A DNA stretch of 64,000 bases. Source: an uncultured Hyphomicrobiales bacterium (GTDB lineage Bacteria > Bacteroidota > Ignavibacteria > Kapaibacteriales > UBA2268). Numbering within the stretch: the first letter of the stretch is position 1; every line of letters starts with the position of its first letter. Shown here piece by piece: positions 8,655-19,900 of the stretch. Where the stretch lies: positions 4,303 to 68,302 of the forward strand of contig CAZWXI010000004.1 of NCBI GenBank assembly GCA_964637845.1, given 5' to 3'. The notes beneath the pieces are model-generated. The model saw nothing but the letters and a program-made list of their open reading frames with translations, did not search any database and was not told where the DNA came from. The position numbers and the translations under genes were made by a program.

Positions 8655-9548
8655 ATGCAAGATTATAGAAAATTTCTCGTTCCCGCAAATATTTCGGGAA
8701 TTCAAAACTTAGAATTAATCGCTCGCCTTGTGGTAGAAGGATTTATTACAGGTTTGCATCGTTCACCTTATCACGGTTTCAGCGTTGAATTTGCTGAACA
8801 CAGACCTTATAGGCACGGAGACGAAACCAAAAATATTGACTGGCGAGTATATGCTCGCACAAATAAATATTATGTGAAGCAATATGAGGAAGAAACGAAT
8901 CTGCGTGCAGTGCTTGCCGTTGACTCGAGCACATCAATGTCATATGCTTCAAAAGGCATGGTTTCAAAATACGAATATGCTATTTATCTTACTGCCGCTT
9001 TAAGCATGCTTATGATTAAACAAAGAGATGCCGTCGGGCTAGCAATGTACGATACAACAGTAAGAAAATTCCTACCTCCGAATTCTAAGCAATCTTATGT
9101 TACCGAAATTTTAAAAACATTATCAACACATATACCCTCAAATCAAACCGGCACATCGGACGCTCTTGATGCATTGGCAGAGCGAATTAAAAGACGCGGT
9201 CTTGTTGTCATTATGAGTGATTTCTTTGACACGCGTGATTCAGTCCTTAATGCATTAAAACATTTTAGACATCGGCATCATGAGGTGCTTGCCTTTCATA
9301 TATTAGACCCACGCGAGATCGATTTCAAACTTGGCACAGGAGCTACATTTAAAGACATGGAAACCGGCGAAGAAATGATAACCCAACCACACCAAATTTG
9401 CGGTGCATATTCCGAAGCTGTCATGAATTTCATCAAAGACATAAAAAAAGAATGTTTCAACCATAATATTGACTATCAATTAATCGAAACATCCACACCT
9501 TTCGACAAAGCATTACGCGATTATATCACAAAACGCCGTAAAGTCTGA
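8655..9548 (+). CDS. DUF58-family protein (vWA-like, usually a MoxR AAA+ partner)
   Basis: Diagnostic N-terminal DUF58 stretch LVVEGFITGLHRSPYHGFSVEFAEHRPYRHGD...NIDWRVYARTNKYYVKQYEEE and AVDSSTSMSY. Confidence 0.75.
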   Translation: MQDYRKFLVPANISGIQNLELIARLVVEGFITGLHRSPYHGFSVEFAEHRPYRHGDETKNIDWRVYARTNKYYVKQYEEETNLRAVLAVDSSTSMSYASKGMVSKYEYAIYLTAALSMLMIKQRDAVGLAMYDTTVRKFLPPNSKQSYVTEILKTLSTHIPSNQTGTSDALDALAERIKRRGLVVIMSDFFDTRDSVLNALKHFRHRHHEVLAFHILDPREIDFKLGTGATFKDMETGEEMITQPHQICGAYSEAVMNFIKDIKKECFNHNIDYQLIETSTPFDKALRDYITKRRKV

Positions 9549-10556
9549 TTATTTATACCCTCTCATCAGACTTGATTTTAAACCGGTTTCAACTCTTTCG
9601 ACATCACGGAACCACGCTTCTTTAAGAATTATCCATACATCCGTCTCAGAAAGTGCTGAACCCTTTAACGTATTAACTAATAAATTAACAGAGTTAAGAG
9701 CGAATTCCAACGGAGTCGTACGGGCATCATCAATTATGCTTTCATGAACAACGACTTGACCGCCGTGGTTCAACGCATCATAGCATTTTTGGAGCAGTTT
9801 GACCGCATCCCATATCGAATATAAATTGAGAACATTCGATATAAAAATCAAATCATACCCTTTACCTAAATCATCTTCATTAAAATCCCCCGCAACCGGG
9901 ATAATCTTATTTTCAAGTTCCTCATCAAAAATCATTTGCTTAGTGAATCTGATAACTTCGGGAAAGTCGAAGACATAAACTACCAAGTTGGGATTTAATT
10001 TAATGAACTGTTGGGCATAAGCTCCTTTACCGCCACCTAAATCTAATACTTTATGAACTTTTTTCAGTTCTATATGGCTCAATACCTCGGGGGCTTCAAT
10101 TGACGCCCTCCAATTGGTTGAATTAGCGAAACTTTCAAGCCATTTTTCGTCCTTCTTTTGCAGTTCCGTATAATTAACGGGTTGCCCGGAACGAATAACC
10201 TGAATCAAATCGCTCCATGAATCCCAAAGACCTGCTATATGTTCGAGATTACCTAAATATTCAGGACTGCCGTGGACCAAATGCTTCATTGATGTTTCAG
10301 TATTTCTGTATTTCCTTTCGTGAAATTCCAAAAGTTCCATTCCGCAAACAGCATTCAACAAAGTCTCTGTGGCCCTTTTGTCTGTGTTGATTATTCTGCT
10401 TATTTCTTCGGCAGTAAGCGATTCATCGCCTATGACGCTGAAAATATCCAATTCACATGCTGTAAGAAGCACTTTGCTTTGCTGGAACGCAAGAGCTGTA
10501 TCAATTATATAGTTTATATCGTTGCCTTTGCGTCGAGTTTGTAATTTTTTTACCAT
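9549..10556 (-). CDS. Class I SAM-dependent O-methyltransferase (COMT/CrtF-like family 2, with N-terminal dimerisation domain)
   Basis: SAM-binding motif VLDLGGGKGAYAQQF, acidic-loop VFDFPEVI, and motif IFISNVLN. The 335-aa length fits O-methyltransferase family 2. Confidence 0.7.
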   Translation of the reverse strand: MVKKLQTRRKGNDINYIIDTALAFQQSKVLLTACELDIFSVIGDESLTAEEISRIINTDKRATETLLNAVCGMELLEFHERKYRNTETSMKHLVHGSPEYLGNLEHIAGLWDSWSDLIQVIRSGQPVNYTELQKKDEKWLESFANSTNWRASIEAPEVLSHIELKKVHKVLDLGGGKGAYAQQFIKLNPNLVVYVFDFPEVIRFTKQMIFDEELENKIIPVAGDFNEDDLGKGYDLIFISNVLNLYSIWDAVKLLQKCYDALNHGGQVVVHESIIDDARTTPLEFALNSVNLLVNTLKGSALSETDVWIILKEAWFRDVERVETGLKSSLMRGYK

Positions 10557-10697
10557 AATGATTACCTATGCATTATTGATTTCTCATTGTTTCGTTTTTT
10601 CATTTTATTAACTGTGAAATTACAAAACTTATTTATTAATGCCAAATATTATCCAAATTATTTTTTTTTCATTTAAAATATTGTCATTACATTAACT

Positions 10698-10723
10698 TTT
10701 GGTTCATTTTTTTCATAAATTTG
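10698..10723 (+). promoter_or_regulatory. Candidate Bacteroidota-type promoter for ppdK (TTTG ... TAAATTTG -7-like element)
   Basis: TAAATTTG at 10716-10723 matches the TAnnTTTG -7 consensus, with TTTG at 10698-10701. It lies ~45 nt upstream of the ppdK ATG. The same TAnnTTTGTAG pattern recurs upstream of rpmG. Confidence 0.3.
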
Positions 10724-10767
10724 TAGATATTATTTTTTACAATTTTAGAACATTATCGGAGAAATCC

Positions 10768-13584
10768 ATGTCAAAAAACAAAAAAAGTGATTCAAAAGAT
10801 TCCAAAAAAGGCAAATCACAGAAATATGTTTACTATTTCGGTGGTGATAAAGCCGACGGTACTGCTGAAATGAAGGGTTTATTGGGAGGAAAGGGCGCCA
10901 ATCTTGCTGAAATGGTTAACATCGGTCTTCCTGTTCCCCCGGGATTTACAATCACAACTGAAGTATGCACTTATTACTACAAAAACAAACGCAACTATCC
11001 CAAACAACTTTCAAAGCAAGTCGAAAAAGCAATTTCCAAAATGGAAAAAGAAATGGGAGCCAAATTTGGCGACCCTAAAAATCCGCTTTTACTTTCCGTA
11101 CGTTCGGGTGCGAGAGCTTCGATGCCCGGCATGATGGATACCGTATTGAATCTCGGACTTAACGATAACACAATCGTCGGTCTTATCGAACGTTCAGGCA
11201 ACGAAAGATTTGCTTATGATTCCTATCGCCGTTTTGTAGCGATGTATGGCGATGTCGTTATGGGACTCAAACCTCAGGGTAAGGACGATATTGACCCGTT
11301 TGAAGAAATTTTAGAAGCGAAAAAGCATGCCAAAGGTATATCCCTCGATATTGAATTTACTGCACAAGATTTGAAAGAATTAGTCGCTGAATTCAAAGCC
11401 GCTATAAAGAATATCACGGGACAAGATTTTCCCGAAGACCCAATGGAACAGCTTTGGGGTTCAATAGGTGCCGTGTTCAATTCGTGGATGAACGAAAGAG
11501 CAATTGTATATCGTAAACTAAACAATATCCCCGAAGAATGGGGTACTGCAGTAAACATTCAAGCCATGGTATTCGGTAATCTTGGCGAAACCTCCGGTAC
11601 CGGTGTTGCATTCACTCGCGATGCCGCTTCCGGCGAAGATATATTCTACGGTGAATTCCTCATGAACGCTCAAGGTGAAGACGTTGTTGCCGGCACAAGG
11701 ACACCAAATCCAATAATTGAACTTGAAGCCATTGACCCGAAATCATACCAAAAACTTCTCGCAATACGTAAAAAACTAGAAAAACACTATCACGACATGC
11801 TCGACATTGAGTTCACGATACAAGAAGGGCACCTCTATATGCTCCAATGCCGCGTTGGCAAGCGCACTGCCATAGCGGCAATGAAAATCGCCGTTGATAT
11901 GGTCAAAGAAAAACTCATCAAACCCGCAGAAGCCTTGATGCGCATAGACCCCGACCAGTTAAACCAACTTTTACGCCCTGTATTCGATTTGAAAGCAAAA
12001 AAGGAAGCCCTTGACAAAGGCGCCTTGCTTGCGAAAGGATTAAACGCAGGTCCAGGTGCTGCTACGGGCAAAGTAATTTTCAATGCAGAAGATGCAGTTG
12101 CTTGGAAAGCTAAAGGCGAAAACGTGATTTTAGTCCGTATCGAGACATCACCCGAAGATATTGCCGGGATGAATGCCGCCGAAGGTATTCTTACGGCTCG
12201 CGGTGGTATGACTTCGCATGCCGCTCTTGTCGCTCGGCAGATGGGTAAAGTTTGTGTTGCGGGCTGCGGTTCATTGATAGTTGACTATAAGACACGCAAA
12301 TTTACTGTGGAAGGTAAGAATATCACAGTTAAAGAAGGCGATTACATCTCCATTGACGGTTCCACTGGCGAGGTACTTTCAGGCAATATTCCAACTAAAC
12401 CAAGCGAAGTAATTGAAGTCTTGATTACAAAGACATTAGCCCCCCAAGATGCACCTACATATCAAATCTATAAACAAATCATGGACTGGGCTGATAAATA
12501 TCGCACAATGAACGTACGCACAAATGCCGACCAACCCGACCAAAGCGAAAATGCTATTGCCTTCGGTGCAGAAGGCATCGGATTATGTCGTACTGAGCAT
12601 ATGTTCTTCGGTGAAGGCAAAATTCAACCCATGCGTGAGATGATTTTGGCTGAAAATACCGAAAACCGCAAGAAAGCATTAGCAAAATTATTGCCTTTGC
12701 AACGTGAAGATTTCGAAGGTATTTTCCGTGCTATGGACGGTAAACCCGTTACAATCAGAACTATTGACCCACCATTGCATGAATTTCTACCTCATGATGA
12801 AGCAGGACAAAAAGAAGTTGCCAAAGAACTAGGCATTACTCCGAAAGCTGTCAAAGAGAGAGTTGATTCTCTTCATGAATTCAATCCCATGCTGGGCTTC
12901 CGTGGGTGCCGTTTGGGATTGATATTCCCCGAAATTACCGAAATGCAGGCTCGTGCAATATTCGAGGCTACTGTCAATATAGCCAAAGAAGGTAAAAAAG
13001 TTCTCCCCGAAGTCATGATACCGCTCGTAGGTCACGTAAAAGAGCTTGCTCATCAGGAGCAAATAGTTCGTAAAGTTGCGGCTGAAGTAATGGAAGAAAT
13101 GGGTACGGATTTTGATTATATGGTCGGTACAATGATAGAAATTCCTCGCGGTGCGATAACTGCTGCGGAAATTGCATCAGTTGCCGAGTTCTTCTCTTTT
13201 GGCACGAATGACTTGACGCAGACGACACTTGGCTTGAGCCGCGACGATGCGGGTAAATTCCTACCCGAATATGTCGCTCGCGAGATTTATAATGCTGACC
13301 CGTTTGTTTCAATTGACAAGAACGGTGTTGGCTTCCTCGTCAATCATGCGGTAAATGAAGGTCGGAAAGCACGTCCCAAAATAAAACTTGGTATATGCGG
13401 TGAGCACGGCGGGGACCCCACTTCGGTCGAATTCTGTCATTTTGCAGGATTAGACTACGTTTCTTGCTCGCCTTTCAGAGTGCCAATCGCTCGTTTGGCA
13501 GCGGCTCGTGCGGCTATACGCGAATCAATGGTAACCAAAACCAAGAAGAAAGCCACTAAGAAAGACAAAAAGTCTAAAAAATAA
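10768..13584 (+). CDS. ppdK: Pyruvate, phosphate dikinase
   Basis: Motifs [12 protein letters not shown], phospho-His [18 protein letters not shown], and PEP-utilizer C-terminal domain. The start is chosen at MSKNKK (10768) rather than the upstream ATG at 10699. Unusual poly-Lys N- and C-terminal tails. Confidence 0.9.
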   Translation: MSKNKKSDSKDSKKGKSQKYVYYFGGDKADGTAEMKGLLGGKGANLAEMVNIGLPVPPGFTITTEVCTYYYKNKRNYPKQLSKQVEKAISKMEKEMGAKFGDPKNPLLLSVRSGARASMPGMMDTVLNLGLNDNTIVGLIERSGNERFAYDSYRRFVAMYGDVVMGLKPQGKDDIDPFEEILEAKKHAKGISLDIEFTAQDLKELVAEFKAAIKNITGQDFPEDPMEQLWGSIGAVFNSWMNERAIVYRKLNNIPEEWGTAVNIQAMVFGNLGETSGTGVAFTRDAASGEDIFYGEFLMNAQGEDVVAGTRTPNPIIELEAIDPKSYQKLLAIRKKLEKHYHDMLDIEFTIQEGHLYMLQCRVGKRTAIAAMKIAVDMVKEKLIKPAEALMRIDPDQLNQLLRPVFDLKAKKEALDKGALLAKGLNAGPGAATGKVIFNAEDAVAWKAKGENVILVRIETSPEDIAGMNAAEGILTARGGMTSHAALVARQMGKVCVAGCGSLIVDYKTRKFTVEGKNITVKEGDYISIDGSTGEVLSGNIPTKPSEVIEVLITKTLAPQDAPTYQIYKQIMDWADKYRTMNVRTNADQPDQSENAIAFGAEGIGLCRTEHMFFGEGKIQPMREMILAENTENRKKALAKLLPLQREDFEGIFRAMDGKPVTIRTIDPPLHEFLPHDEAGQKEVAKELGITPKAVKERVDSLHEFNPMLGFRGCRLGLIFPEITEMQARAIFEATVNIAKEGKKVLPEVMIPLVGHVKELAHQEQIVRKVAAEVMEEMGTDFDYMVGTMIEIPRGAITAAEIASVAEFFSFGTNDLTQTTLGLSRDDAGKFLPEYVAREIYNADPFVSIDKNGVGFLVNHAVNEGRKARPKIKLGICGEHGGDPTSVEFCHFAGLDYVSCSPFRVPIARLAAARAAIRESMVTKTKKKATKKDKKSKK

Positions 13585-13601
13585 ATTCACATCATTTGAA
13601 A

Positions 13602-13641
13602 ATCATCCAATGTAAGTCGCAACATTGGATGATTTTTTTTT
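13602..13641 (+). terminator. Rho-independent terminator after ppdK
   Basis: Perfect 12-bp stem ATCATCCAATGT / ACATTGGATGAT with a 7-nt loop, followed by T9. Confidence 0.8.
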
Positions 13642-13920
13642 AATAAATTATTAATTTATATTTCATAAAAGCCCAAGTTCACTCATTTTTACGTCATTTT
13701 TTGACCTAAGTACTATTTTTTTTTGATTATTTTTTTATTTTTAGTTAACTTCGCATATTAGGATTGAACCTTTGTTCGACCTAAATTATGAATTTATGAA
13801 TTTTTGAAATAACAGTACTAATAGTGGTTTTAACAAATTTTTTAACTTCGAACAAAAATAAAGGCTTTGTAAAAAGATATAATCAATTATTATTAACAAA
13901 AACAAATTTAGGGCTATATT

Positions 13921-16900
13921 ATGAACAAATTGTTTACAAGGATTTTCCTTCTGGTAATTTTAGCTTTCGGGTTTGTTCCCGAAGCTAATTCAAAGGTAGA
14001 AATAGGTTCGACATCCTATAACACCCTTACGGATGCTTTCAGCGCAATTAACAATGGTACTCATACGGGTAGCATCGTTGCAAAAATCACAGACAATATT
14101 TCTGAAACTGCAAGAGCAGTACTTATGGCATCAGGGCAAGGCAATGCAAGTTACAACTCGATAGTCATCTATCCGACAGGCGATTACAAAATATCGGGTA
14201 ATCAGGCAACTGCTCTTATCGAGCTTAGAGGTGCCGATAACGTTACTTTTGACGGTAGAAAGAATCAATCAGGTTCTGATAGAAATCTTACTATCGAGAA
14301 TACATCAACTTCGACTCACTCAGTTATTTGGTTGGATAGTAATACTACCGGAGGCGGAGGAGCATCTAAAAATACTATTCGTAACGTCAATATTATTGGC
14401 GGTTCGACTACTGCCGGTTATGGTATAGTGCTTAGTGTAAGTACTTCATTGACAGGTGCTGGCGGGGGTAATGATGACAATACTATTATGTTTTGCGATT
14501 TCAAGAAGCTGCTTTTTGGCATTCGCGCTTATGGCGTATCATCTACTGTGCCTGTAAAAAACCTAAAAGTTAATAATAATAACTTCGGCTCATCCAGCGC
14601 AAGCGAAACAGTTACATCCTACGGTATATTTACATATTTTACTGATAATCTGGCATTACATAACAATGTATTTAAGGATATGGTATATACTTCGGCTATT
14701 TATTGTATTTATCACTATTATGGTAATAAGGATCAAATTTATAATAATACACTTGACAACTTTAGAAGCACAGGCTCAGTAGTTTACGGTATCATGAGTT
14801 ATTATGGTAACGAGAATAAAATTTATAATAATTCTCTTACAAACTTCGTAGCCACGGTATCGGCTTGCTATCCTGTTTACTGTTTAAGTTCTCCTTATAC
14901 TGAATTCTACAACAATAAAGTCGAAAATATGATTTCCGGGACAAGTGTTGTTTATGGTTTCTACATAAGTTCAGGTAACTATACAAAAGTGAATAATAAC
15001 ACTTTCAAGAATTTCCAAGCTCTAAGTAGTGCCGTTTACGGGGTCTTTCTCTCAAGTGCTCAATACTCTGAAGTAAACAACAATGTACTTGATAATCATA
15101 TATCTGGCTCAACAACCTATCCAATATATTTATCAAGTTGTCAGTATTCGAAAGTTAATAATAATAGACTTACAAATATATTCCTGTCAAGTGCATCGAA
15201 TAACTTTATATATGGCATAGGCATATTTTCAAGCCCATATACTGAATCATTGAATAATTATATTGACAATATGATAAATAATACATTATCAACTAATGCA
15301 GGTATATATGTAAGTAGTTCTCAATATGCCAAAATTAATAATAATCGCATTTCAAGACTTGTAAGTCAACAACTTTCATATGGAATATTTTTCACAACTG
15401 TCGCCGATGCTCAAGTAAACGGAAACGAAATTTTTGATATGACAGCTAACGGTACAAGCACAACCGGGGCATGGGGTATATTTATCACAGGTACATCGAG
15501 TAACACCGAAATAATTAATAACACTATTGCTTATGTTAGAACAACTCAGTCGAGTGCTTCCAGTACAACAAACAATCCGTTCGGTATTGCTATTTCTGGC
15601 GGTACAGGCTATAAGATTTGGTATAACAGTGTCCAACTATCAGGTAAACAAATTGCAACAGGCACGCAAGGTACTCTATCAGCATGTTTGATGATTTCAT
15701 CAACTGCAGTAAATACATTCAACCTGCGGAACAATAATTTCTCCAATACTCTTGAAGGGCTTTCAGGCTCTAATTCATACGCGATTTATCTTGCCGGTAC
15801 AGGCAACTTGACTAACTCAACCATGGATTATAACAACTATTATGTTGGCGGTCCCCATGGAATGCTTGGATTTTTAACTTCTAACAGAAATTCCATCAGC
15901 GATTGGAGAACAGCTACATCCAGAGAACAAAATTCGATGAGTATTCTCGTTCAGTTCAACTCCCATTTGAATAATTCACCCATACCCGGCTCGCAAATCA
16001 TAGGAAAAGGTACTCCAATAAGCGATGTTATTTATGATATACTCGGTGAGCAACGCTCTAATACAACTCCAACCCCCGGAGCTTACGAGAAAGCCGCCGA
16101 TATTCTGGGACCCGATATCGTATTTGATAAACTTACGATAACATCAAGTACAGCCAACAGGGTTATAACTGCAAGGATTACAGACTATACCGGAGTTAAT
16201 AAAACAAATTCCGCCCCGAGATTGTATTATCGTGCAACAAAGAATAGCAATGCTTGGGTAGGCAACAATTCTAATCAAGATGGTTGGAAGTTTGCAACAG
16301 CTACAATTAGTGGCGACCAATACACATTTACACTTGATTACAATAGATTAAATGGTGGTATGGTAGTAGGCGATGTAATTGAATACTTCATTATAGCTCA
16401 AGACATTGCTCCGAAGCAAAATATTAGTGTATCACGCGGTTTCTTCTCTGTTACTCCGACAAGTACAGACCTGAACGCTCAGAATTTCCCCTTCTATGAT
16501 GCAGATTCATACCGAACAGCACACCCAATAAAAGGCGAAATAAAAGTAGGTAGCGGGCAAGACTATGCAACACTCACTGACGACGGTGGTTTGTTTGAAT
16601 ATATGAACAAAAACATCATTACCGGTGAAGTAAACGTGCTTATTACAAGAGATTTAACTGAAACAGGTAAACACCAGTTAAGAAATATGTCATATGAAAA
16701 TGGCAACTTTCATTACATAAACATAAGACCAAGCGAGGCTAAAACTAAGAAAATAACCGGAGCCATTGCCGGAAGTGCAGTTATATGGTTCTTGGGTGCA
16801 AATTATGTAAACCTTGACGGCAGTTTCGAGGGTGCAGGACGCTATCTGGAAATATCAAATACCCAAACCTCCGGTGTTTACGCTTGTGTTGCCGTTGGTA

Positions 16901-19900
16901 GTGGTGCTCCAATGGTCAATGGCGGTAAATTCATTACAATACAAAATTGCGTTATTTTCAGCGGCTACATTACAAGCACAAACGGCTCGTTTGGTATCCT
17001 CGTAACCGACGGTGTAATGGGGCAAAGCGGGACAAGCCCCTTTGTTCACAATTTAACTATTAGAAACAACCATATCTATAAGTCAACTGCCGGTATTTGG
17101 GCTCGCGCGACGAGCACCGGCATGTTCGAAAATTTACTTATTGAAAATAATATCATAGGCAATGCTAACGCAGGTGACGGTATTTCATGGAAAGGTATTG
17201 ACTTGGCTTGGGCGAATACAGCTACTATTCGTAGAAACACAATTCACAGTTTTGCTACGAATTTATCGACTGTAAATTATGCTGGAATTGAAACAAACAA
17301 TACTAATAATTTTGTGACAATAGACGGTAACCAAATATATAATATAAAGCAACCAAGTGCAAGCGGTTATGGGGCTTATGGTATTAATGTTGCAGGTTCT
17401 TCAACAACTGTTGGCTTTACTATAACGAATAATTTCATTGCCGAAATTAGCACAATGAATTACAGTAGGACTTCAACCACGTGGAATCCGTTTGGTATCA
17501 GAATTGCCTCCGGCCAGTTTCATAAGATTTGGCACAATACGATTATAATGACCGGACAGCAAGGCACATCAGGCTCGCAACCATCATTGACTGCAAATAT
17601 CATCTTTACATCTACATTTTATTTCAATGATTTGCGAAACAATATCCTGCATAACTCATTACAAGGTCTTAGCGGTACACTTTCATTTAATGTATTTACT
17701 GCGATGACTTCAAACTTGTGGACAAATATGCTTTCCACGGCAGATTACAATAACTATACTGTGGGAGGCAGTGCGGGTGTGTTTGGTGGCTGGGGAACAT
17801 CAATACCATACAATCAAGCAACTTCACTAACAGCATGGAAAAACATGACCGGACGTGATTTGAACTCATTCTCGACTTCCACGCAACATATTTCAACAAC
17901 AGACTTACACCTTAACGGCGGCAGTGTCGGCAATACAGCCATCATGATTCCAAGAATGTCACAAGTAATGATAGATGGAGACGGCGAAGCAAGACCAAAT
18001 CCGACTTATGTCGGTGCTGATGAAGTAGTACCTTTCTTGGATTTGACACGGCAAACTACATTTACACCACAAAATAATACATATTGTATCAATGGCAATG
18101 TTAATGTTTCGTTTGATTTTGACCTACGTTTCGGCGACGGAGTTCAACGCTCAGGACTTTCCGCAATAGATATCACCTGGTACAAAAACGGTTCAGTTAT
18201 AAGTGGTGCCAAGAACAAATCCATCAACTTCGAGCAACTAAAGATGTCCGACTCGGCACGCTATTATGCTACGGTTAACTTCCTGAATCTCAACTTAGTG
18301 ACTCAAGAAAGGAACTTGAAAGTAGAGGCGCCGATTGTGATTAACTTACAGCCAAAGGATGCGGATATTTGCTCCTCTGACCCAATATTGCAGCTTACAA
18401 CTGCTTCGCAAGGTACAATTACAGGCTACCAGTGGGAATTCCGTAAAACGGGAACTCAAGCTTGGATGCCTTTAGCAGGTCACAACACACCTAATATAAC
18501 AAAATATCTTGACGACCCCGATGATGCAGTTGGCAGTTATAGATTGAAAATTATAGGACCAGGCAATTGCGGATCTGACGTAATCTACTCAAACGTAATA
18601 AACGTAAATGTTTCTGACCCCTTGCATAGTACACAATTACAATATGAAGGCAATCTTGGTTATGTTTGTCGCGACGAAACTATAATAATCTCAGCTATTG
18701 GAGAAGGAACAATATTCGGCTACAGATGGCAGAAAAATATTGGCAAAGGATTCATTGACCTGAGTGTCAATGACTACCCAAGTGCCCATACCAATACACT
18801 GATTCTAACAAATGCGACTCCTGATGAATCAGCAGTATATCGTTGTATGATACAGGGTAGTGCGGTATGTAATACTGCGCTTGTTCCAACACCTGCGGTT
18901 AATGTTCGTGTTTGGGATTTCTTCGCAATTGAGGAACATCCCGAAAGTCAGGTAGTATGTCATAATGATAATCTATTTCTTAGAGTTTTTGCTGAAGGTA
19001 CTATTTATGGTTACCAATGGACAAAGAACGGTGTTGATATTACATTAGATGAAAACCCATTTGCACAGAGTGCAGTATTATATTTGAATAATGCAGATTA
19101 TTCCATATCCGGTGTTTATACTTGCAGATTACACATAGAAGATTGTTCAGGTGAAAAATACGTAACTACTAATCCAGCCGCAGTTTATGTAGCTACATCA
19201 ACGGAAATCCTCATTAAGCCGCAGACGCAATCCGTTATGGTTGGCAATTCAGTTCATTTCAATATCCGTGCTCATGTTAACGGAGCTCCCCCGACATTCA
19301 ACCCTCGCGTACAATGGTACAGAGGCAACCAACCATTGCTCGAATCACCTAAGTATATCGGTACGAAGTCAAACAACTTGATTATTTCAAATGTAAATAA
19401 TAACGATTTTGGGAGTGACTACTGGGTAGTTGTATTCGGTCTATGCGGAAATGACACTGTTCGCAACTTTGGCCTCGTAAAAGCTGAGTTTGCAATTACA
19501 AAGCAACCTGATGATATTAGTGTTTGCCAAAACGGCGACGTAACATTCGGCGTTGAAACATACTCCTCAATCGGAGAAAACATGACATACCAATGGTACA
19601 GAAATGGTACTGCATTACGTGACAACGGCGATTATTTCGGTACTCGTACATCAACGCTTGTAATTAACGGTGCAACATCAAAGCACAATGGTGAATATCA
19701 TTGTAAAGTAAAAACACCATCTTCTGAATATGGCTTAAATACACGAACGGCAAAATTAGTAGTTAGGGATGTACCGGTAATAACTTCGAACTTAAAAGAA
19801 AGTCTAAGTTTAACCATAGGCGATGAACTAAGATTGGAAGTTCAAGCTGAAGGTACTGATTTACAATATCAATGGTATTTCAACGAAGCAATAATTCCAG

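Noticed and set aside
10699-10767. Upstream in-frame ATG ([16 protein letters not shown]...) as the ppdK start
   Set aside because: This segment overlaps the promoter-like TAAATTTG element and is hydrophobic and non-conserved. The Lys-rich MSKNKK start follows a plausible leader.
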